A DNA stretch of 59,104 nucleotides from a virus (Duplodnaviria; Caudoviricetes), in the IMG/VR virus record IMGVR_UViG_3300050016_000060, positions 1 through 59,104 of that record, one strand, 5' to 3'. Each line of letters begins with the position of its first letter. The stretch's first letter is position 1. The notes below the pieces were generated by a model, which did no database searches, was not told where the DNA came from, and saw only the letters and a list, made by a program, of their open reading frames with translations. Position numbers and translations under genes: made by a program. This document shows positions 54,580 to 59,104 of this stretch, in pieces.

Positions 54580-54807
54580 TCACATACTTGACGCATCAAG
54601 GCCCGTCTGGGCTTTCACTAGCGCGAACTTCGCGCCGTACTTGATCTCGGCATCTTTAGTGGCCCGTCGTCTTGCTTCTCTCCCGTCGTTCCATCCGGCC
54701 ATGAAATCTTCGTCGTTCTGCATTCCCGCCGGCGTTGGCTGAACCGCCGCTGAACAAAACCACCCACGCATGTAAATCATCATCAGGTTGTACTGGTCTG
54801 CGCTCAT
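54580..54807 (-). CDS. Hypothetical cargo protein
   Basis: GAGGAG RBS; stop codon inside TIR. Confidence 0.6.
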   Translation of the reverse strand: MSADQYNLMMIYMRGWFCSAAVQPTPAGMQNDEDFMAGWNDGREARRRATKDAEIKYGAKFALVKAQTGLDASSM

Positions 54808-54816
54808 GTCAACTCC

Positions 54817-55026
54817 TCAAAAGTAGTCGTCATCCAGAGGTTCGTATTCCTTCATGACTGAGCCAGTTCCTTGGCATCGAGAGCATTCACGCACGCGAAG
54901 AAGATCGTCAACGATTGATTGCAACTCGCCGCTTCCCTGGCAATCTGGACACTCGTCACCTTCCTCGTGGTTTCCATCCCCGTTGTTCCAGTCGTAAGGT
55001 TCAATCGGGCAACCGTGATAGTCCAT
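54817..55026 (-). CDS. DnaJ-type zinc-finger small protein
   Basis: CPDCQGSG...CSRCQGTG. Confidence 0.65.
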   Translation of the reverse strand: MDYHGCPIEPYDWNNGDGNHEEGDECPDCQGSGELQSIVDDLLRVRECSRCQGTGSVMKEYEPLDDDYF

Positions 55027-55031
55027 GTCGG

Positions 55032-55655
55032 TTACACCTTCTTTCCTGTCAGCCGTTCAAATATCTCAATCGTCTTCCATCCTTGCTCTGTCATCAGGTC
55101 CGCAAGAATGCAGTTGTCGGTCTTCAAAGTGGAATGCTTGATCTGACGTGCGTATGCCGTCAATCCAGCAATGAACCCGTGATGAAACGCCGTCGCCTCT
55201 TCAACCGTTTGCGGGCCTGTGAACGGTTCGCTAGAACACGTTACCAATACTTCCGGGAGGAACTCATCTGGTCGGCATTCCTTGCAAAAATACTCCGATC
55301 CGGCTTTGTGGTCGCACTTGATGTCGAGCGGCGGAAACTCGTTGCGGTCGTCTTTCGGATTCCTATCGTCCTTGATTTCTTCGAGTTGAAAAATAGATGC
55401 CGCCAACTTTTCAAATTGGTTCCCTTTCATCGGGCAGTCCGCTTCATTGCACCTAACGAAGTGGTGACACGCAAGGAATGTCGTGTTGCACTTCAGGCAA
55501 ACCTCGTCAACCAATCCATCACGGTAGGCTTGCACTTGCATCTCGACCAACTTGGCGTCCGGGAACCGTTGACGATGCAGCGACTCCGCAGCTTCCCTTT
55601 CGTGGCCAGTCGAATTACGTTTTCTTGCTTCACTCATAGATTTTCTCCTATTCAA
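55032..55655 (-). CDS. Cys-rich hypothetical cargo protein
   Basis: 207 aa ORF; start may be ATG 55637 (AGGAG RBS). Confidence 0.6.
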   Translation of the reverse strand: MNRRKSMSEARKRNSTGHEREAAESLHRQRFPDAKLVEMQVQAYRDGLVDEVCLKCNTTFLACHHFVRCNEADCPMKGNQFEKLAASIFQLEEIKDDRNPKDDRNEFPPLDIKCDHKAGSEYFCKECRPDEFLPEVLVTCSSEPFTGPQTVEEATAFHHGFIAGLTAYARQIKHSTLKTDNCILADLMTEQGWKTIEIFERLTGKKV

Positions 55656-55876
55656 TCACCAGGGCAGTTTTCCGGGAATCCACATACCGTGTCGTGACAA
55701 TCGCAACCGTCGTGCGGATCAGCGCCGCATATTTCGCAGTCGTCGCTGTCCATTTCGCTGGCATCGCCTACAATTCCATCCCAGCAATCAAAGCAAAGAT
55801 CGGTTTGCTGTCCTTGCCATTCGCCAGACCATTGAACATCGAATTGCGTCCCGCAGATTGTGCAAGTTCTGTCCAT
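55652..55876 (-). CDS. Small Cys-rich cargo protein
   Basis: CTICG...CFDC...CEICG. Confidence 0.6.
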   Translation of the reverse strand: MDRTCTICGTQFDVQWSGEWQGQQTDLCFDCWDGIVGDASEMDSDDCEICGADPHDGCDCHDTVCGFPENCPGD

Positions 55877-56064
55877 TACTTCTTAACCTCGTCGATCCAA
55901 GATCGAATCCAGTAATTGAAATGCTTGTGCGCCAACGTGAACGCCTCTTGCTCTTCCTTCGTCAACGTCGATGAACTTCCGCCCAGCATCCCGTACCTCG
56001 GATCGCGGTCGATGTTCGCCAGCAGTTTTTCAAAATCGGCTTCCGCCAGGATGTAGGCTTTCAC
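55876..56064 (-). CDS. Hypothetical cargo protein
   Basis: GGGAGG RBS adjoining the TIR. Confidence 0.65.
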   Translation of the reverse strand: MKAYILAEADFEKLLANIDRDPRYGMLGGSSSTLTKEEQEAFTLAHKHFNYWIRSWIDEVKK

Positions 56065-56377
56065 GGACCAACCTCCCTTGATGCGTCAAGTATGTGATTA
56101 CCATCGGCTCGATTGCCACGCGATGTATGTTGCGCTGCAACGCGAAGGGATGCCGGAAACAGTTTAGCGTCAAGGTCGGCACGATCTTTGAGGATTCCCC
56201 CCTGGGTCTCGACAAGTGGTTCATCGCGATCTGGTGCGTCATCAATGCCAAGAACGGCGTCAGCAGCTACGAGATTCATCGGGCGCTTGGCGTTACGCAA
56301 AAGACGGCCTGGTTCATGGACCATCGAATCCGCTTGGCACTCAAGACCGGCACGGCGGGTTTTATGGGGATCGAGTG

Positions 56378-56518
56378 ATGGCAAAATCCAAGGAAGCAAC
56401 GGCGTTCGATAAGGCGATGGCCGCACTTGTCCAAGTTCCGAAATCGGAACTTGACAAGGCGCTGCGCGAAGAGGCGCGGGCGAAGAAACGCCGCAAGCAA
56501 CGCAAGCACAAGCGATGA
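56378..56518 (+). CDS. Small basic protein coupled to IS1595-like gene
   Basis: MAKSKEATAFDKAMAALVQVPKSELDKALREEARAKKRRK. Confidence 0.65.
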   Translation: MAKSKEATAFDKAMAALVQVPKSELDKALREEARAKKRRKQRKHKR

Positions 56519-56622
56519 TGAATTTAGCCAGCATTTTCGCCCTCGCATGAATCAGTAATCCGTGGTGAGCCAAGTATGTCATTACCCAAATGAAACTTGG
56601 CTGCTTGTGTTTGCGAGGGCAA

Positions 56623-58191
56623 TCATATACTTGACTCATCAGCCGAAAAACCGCTGCCACAGAACGCAAAAAGCAACCGCGCCACAAGCCGGGACGACTG
56701 CATTTCCCAGCGCGCGAAGCTCATCGGTTCGACTGTTTGGAGCGTTGCCCATCCCATCGGCAACCCCTGTAGCCACTCCACGAATCGCGGATTGAGTCGC
56801 GGGCGCGAGGTCGGGCCTGACGGCAAGGATGCGCTCCCATTCGGCTCTGGCGGCGGGGCCTGGGGGCCAGTAAGGGATTCCTGAAATATCCGCACTTGGT
56901 CCGTGATCGTTGTCGTGATCGGCTCGCCGTCCTTGTTTCTCGGCATCTCCCCAGGTGCCCATGTCGCTTCTTTCGTTCCCGCTGACATTTGATTTCTTGG
57001 CGTGGCCCATTGGCTCATCGTCTGCTCCACCGACTTCGCAAACTCCCCGCCCAGCCCCTGCTTGCCCGTCGCATCCACTCCCGCCATCCCTGCTGGCGTC
57101 GGCCACAACTCCGAAGAGGCAGTCGGGACAGGTTCCTCGATGTTCATCGCTGATACGCCGGAAAACAAGTCCGCTTCCTTTGCAGGTCGTGCAAATTCTT
57201 CGATCGCTCCCCGCAGGCTGTCCTGCTTCCCCGGATGGTTGCCGCAACTCTCCGAGTCCTCCGCTCGTGGGGTCGGCCACGTTCCCGTTTGGCGATTCAG
57301 ATTGGCCCCCTGCGTCGATGTCTCGTCCACTCCCGGCCGTCTGCCGTCGTGCGATGTCGGGCTGTTCCACAGCGATTCCGTTTCCAGATTCTCCATGAGG
57401 ATATTTGCTGCTGCTGCTGCTGCTGCTGGCGAATGGCGTGCCCGTTCCGAGGGACAATCCAGATTCGCGTTTTTTGTCGGAGTCGGCCAGCACTTCGTCG
57501 CGCCCGTCAGACTGTCCATCGCGTCGGGGTGGTTGCCGCAACTTTCGGAGTCCTCGGCTCTGGGGGATGGCCAGTTGCTCGCCTCTTCGCACAACGCCCG
57601 AAAGCCCAGGGCCTTCGCTTCGTCGCTGCATACCGGCTCTTTGTGCTCCGAACTTCGCGGCGTAGGCCAAGAGGAAGAACCGTTCCCGCCGCTGGGGCGC
57701 TCCAACGTCTTCCGCCGCCACACTGATCCACTCCGCATCGTACCCGTCTTCGGCCAGCTCTCCGAGTATCCGAACGATGGGAGCTGTAAGCTGCTTTCCG
57801 CGCTCTGGAATAGCGATCCCTGGCACGTTCTCCAGGAAGAGGAATGGCGCTCCCACGTCGCGAAGGGTTCGCCGCAAGGCGGGCCAGAGATTTCTTGGAT
57901 CGCGTTCGAGTTCACGCTTTCCGGCGATGCTGTTTCCCTGGCAAGGGATTCCCGCAACGACGCAATCCACGAGACCGCGAAAGCCTTTGCCTTTGAAGGT
58001 GGTAAGGTCCGTCCAAATAGGCGCCGGATCAAGCCGCCCTTCTTCCATGCGCGTTGCCAGAACTTCGGCGGCATAGATTTCCCTCTCCAAGTGAACGAGC
58101 GTGCGAACGCCTGGCATTGCGAGTCGGACGGACAATCCGAGTCCGCCGATGCCGCTGCAAACTTCGATAGTTGTGAAGGAATTATCCACAC
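56623..58191 (-). CDS. Overlapping-frame partner of the methyltransferase (WPTP repeats + motif IX-like end)
   Basis: 522 codons open, same strand; repeated W-P/N/A-T/S-P; RLNPRFVEWLQGLPMGW. Confidence 0.7.
   Translation of the reverse strand: MWIIPSQLSKFAAASADSDCPSDSQCQAFARSFTWRGKSMPPKFWQRAWKKGGLIRRLFGRTLPPSKAKAFAVSWIASLRESLARETASPESVNSNAIQEISGPPCGEPFATWERHSSSWRTCQGSLFQSAESSLQLPSFGYSESWPKTGTMRSGSVWRRKTLERPSGGNGSSSWPTPRSSEHKEPVCSDEAKALGFRALCEEASNWPSPRAEDSESCGNHPDAMDSLTGATKCWPTPTKNANLDCPSERARHSPAAAAAAANILMENLETESLWNSPTSHDGRRPGVDETSTQGANLNRQTGTWPTPRAEDSESCGNHPGKQDSLRGAIEEFARPAKEADLFSGVSAMNIEEPVPTASSELWPTPAGMAGVDATGKQGLGGEFAKSVEQTMSQWATPRNQMSAGTKEATWAPGEMPRNKDGEPITTTITDQVRIFQESLTGPQAPPPEPNGSASLPSGPTSRPRLNPRFVEWLQGLPMGWATLQTVEPMSFARWEMQSSRLVARLLFAFCGSGFSADESSI
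56639..58189 (-). CDS. dcm: DNA cytosine-C5 methyltransferase (alpha-type chain)
   Basis: Motif I CSGIGG, IV GIPCQ, VI LENVPG, VIII QRRERFF, X LRALGNAVVP; motif IX not in this frame. Confidence 0.9.
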   Translation of the reverse strand: MDNSFTTIEVCSGIGGLGLSVRLAMPGVRTLVHLEREIYAAEVLATRMEEGRLDPAPIWTDLTTFKGKGFRGLVDCVVAGIPCQGNSIAGKRELERDPRNLWPALRRTLRDVGAPFLFLENVPGIAIPERGKQLTAPIVRILGELAEDGYDAEWISVAAEDVGAPQRRERFFLLAYAAKFGAQRAGMQRRSEGPGLSGVVRRGEQLAIPQSRGLRKLRQPPRRDGQSDGRDEVLADSDKKRESGLSLGTGTPFASSSSSSSKYPHGESGNGIAVEQPDIARRQTAGSGRDIDAGGQSESPNGNVADPTSGGLGELRQPSGEAGQPAGSDRRICTTCKGSGLVFRRISDEHRGTCPDCLFGVVADASRDGGSGCDGQAGAGRGVCEVGGADDEPMGHAKKSNVSGNERSDMGTWGDAEKQGRRADHDNDHGPSADISGIPYWPPGPAARAEWERILAVRPDLAPATQSAIRGVATGVADGMGNAPNSRTDELRALGNAVVPACGAVAFCVLWQRFFG

Positions 58192-58246
58192 GATTCAGCC
58201 TCTTGATGAGCCAAGTATGTAATTGCCCTTCATTTCCATGCTTCGC

Positions 58247-58702
58247 TCATGGCGTCCCTCCTTGCAGCGTCAACTCGCTCGTAGCCGTCACTTCCGCCGC
58301 CTGTCCGGTGAATAGCGAAAATGCCGCGTTAGGGAATGTGGTCGGCCCATTGAACACCAGGCCGCTCGGCAAGTATAGCGTCGAGTCGGGGCAGACGATC
58401 TTCTTGGCCACGACCGTCAGCGTTGCGAAGTCCACCACGACCGGCTCAGGGATCAGGTTGACGACGAAGCTATTTCCCGCCGCGTCCTTGCCCTGCCCTA
58501 TGCAGGCGTCTACCTGCCAGATGCCTACGTGCTTCCATCGCACCATCGTTTCAGGGATCGTCACGATCATCTTGATCGGCGTGCCGTCCGGCAGCGGGAA
58601 GGTTCCCTGCATGTTCTCGATGGCGGTTCGCTTGAGGTGGATGCCGTAGGGCTTAACCTCCATTGCGGGGCAGAGCAGAGTTGCCTGAATGACGGTCAGC
58701 AT
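58247..58702 (-). CDS. Hypothetical protein
   Basis: GGGAG RBS before ATG 58702. Confidence 0.55.
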   Translation of the reverse strand: MLTVIQATLLCPAMEVKPYGIHLKRTAIENMQGTFPLPDGTPIKMIVTIPETMVRWKHVGIWQVDACIGQGKDAAGNSFVVNLIPEPVVVDFATLTVVAKKIVCPDSTLYLPSGLVFNGPTTFPNAAFSLFTGQAAEVTATSELTLQGGTP

Positions 58703-58992
58703 GATCGAAATACTCCCGCCGTCAAGTAACCGTGCCAATGTCCATTGCCGATGTTAATGCTTGGCGTCGTGGTCGGTTGTTCTTCGTTTTTGTCCCAACC
58801 CCACGCGCCAGGACATTGTTGACCATCATTGCGGACAGTAATTCCGCAGAGATCGCCGCATCCGCATGGACATCGAAACGACAACCTGCGGGTTGCTTCT
58901 GGATCAGGGAAATCCTGAACAGTCAGGAAGAACTCGCCAGGATCGTTGCACGAATCGAAGTCGGCAACTCGCTTCGCTTTTACATCGGCCAT
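58696..58992 (-). CDS. DUF6527-like protein
   Basis: FRCPCGCG...WGWD....PT.TPSI....HWHGYL..G. Confidence 0.65.
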   Translation of the reverse strand: MADVKAKRVADFDSCNDPGEFFLTVQDFPDPEATRRLSFRCPCGCGDLCGITVRNDGQQCPGAWGWDKNEEQPTTTPSINIGNGHWHGYLTAGVFRSC

Positions 58993-59104
58993 CAATATCA
59001 CTCCCAAAACGCGAACACCGCCCACGCCAATAGGATCGCGGCGACACCGATCAGGCGGTAGTAGGTGATGCTCATTTCGATTCCTCGATCAGCTTGCGGA
59101 GGTC

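Larger units (their letters stand above)
54575..56102 (-). mobile_element. Nested non-autonomous TIR cassette carrying five phage genes
   Basis: 27-bp TIRs (26/27) at 54575-54601 and 56076-56102; perfect 8-bp duplication ATCGGCTC at 54567-54574 and 56103-56110. Confidence 0.95.
54432..56378 (+). pseudogene. IS1595 transposase N-terminal part (Zn-ribbon + HTH, no DDE), interrupted by nested cassette
   Basis: 54432-54574 joined to 56111-56378 restores ...CPKCGSDKIGS-IATRCMLRCNAKGCRKQFSVKVGTIFEDS... in frame. Confidence 0.9.
53058..56586 (+). mobile_element. IS1595-family (ISNwi1-like ends) cargo element, catalytically defective
   Basis: 26-bp TIRs (21/26) at 53058-53083 and 56561-56586; 8-bp duplication CAAATGAA at 53050-53057 and 56587-56594; transposase remnant near right end. 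Confidence 0.9.
56618..58227 (-). mobile_element. TIR-bounded cassette carrying the methyltransferase locus (no target duplication)
   Basis: TIRs 56618-56641 and 58204-58227 (21/24); both overlapping ORFs stop inside the left TIR. Confidence 0.75.

Noticed and set aside
53160-54599. 479-aa - strand ORF starting in a TIR
   Set aside because: Antisense to three well-supported + strand genes
57002-58222. 406-aa + strand ORF as a third overlapping gene
   Set aside because: Antisense mirror of the WPTP frame, low complexity, no motifs

Overview
The window is part of a tailed dsDNA phage or prophage genome (~57% GC by eye; no integrase, replication genes, tRNA or CRISPR array seen). Layout: (i) 1-7.5 kb, + strand small early/accessory genes; (ii) 7.7-19.8 kb, + strand tail-fibre-like genes followed by a glycosylation cluster (glycosyltransferases, radical SAM, GT9 heptosyltransferase-like, HldE); (iii) 19.8-49.4 kb, - strand morphogenesis operon (terminase, Mu-like protease/scaffold, decoration, major capsid, tail, tape measure, portal, MuF and toxin-like proteins, spikes); (iv) 49.6-59.1 kb, a mosaic of IS1595-type terminal-inverted-repeat (TIR) cassettes. 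Main finds: (1) at 16.6-18.3 kb, an RNA-guided TIGR-Tas-like locus: a nuclease-less IS110/Nop-domain protein, an unknown 166-aa partner gene, and seven stem-loop guide units of form stem-CGA-N9-TGAAACCG-N10-TG-stem dispersed before, between and after the genes; (2) eleven copies of a 24-bp IS1595-like TIR that package phage genes into nested cassettes, two with perfect 8-bp target duplications, with no catalytic transposase but one transposase N-terminus fused to NUMOD4-HNH; (3) two diverged copies of a ~270-290 nt non-coding element with compensatory base changes (candidate new structured RNA); (4) a C5-methyltransferase fully overlapped by a second 522-codon frame carrying motif IX; (5) a prfB-like CTT-TGA-C +1 frameshift at the start of the heptosyltransferase-like gene. 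All family calls are from motif recognition by eye; no database searches were run.
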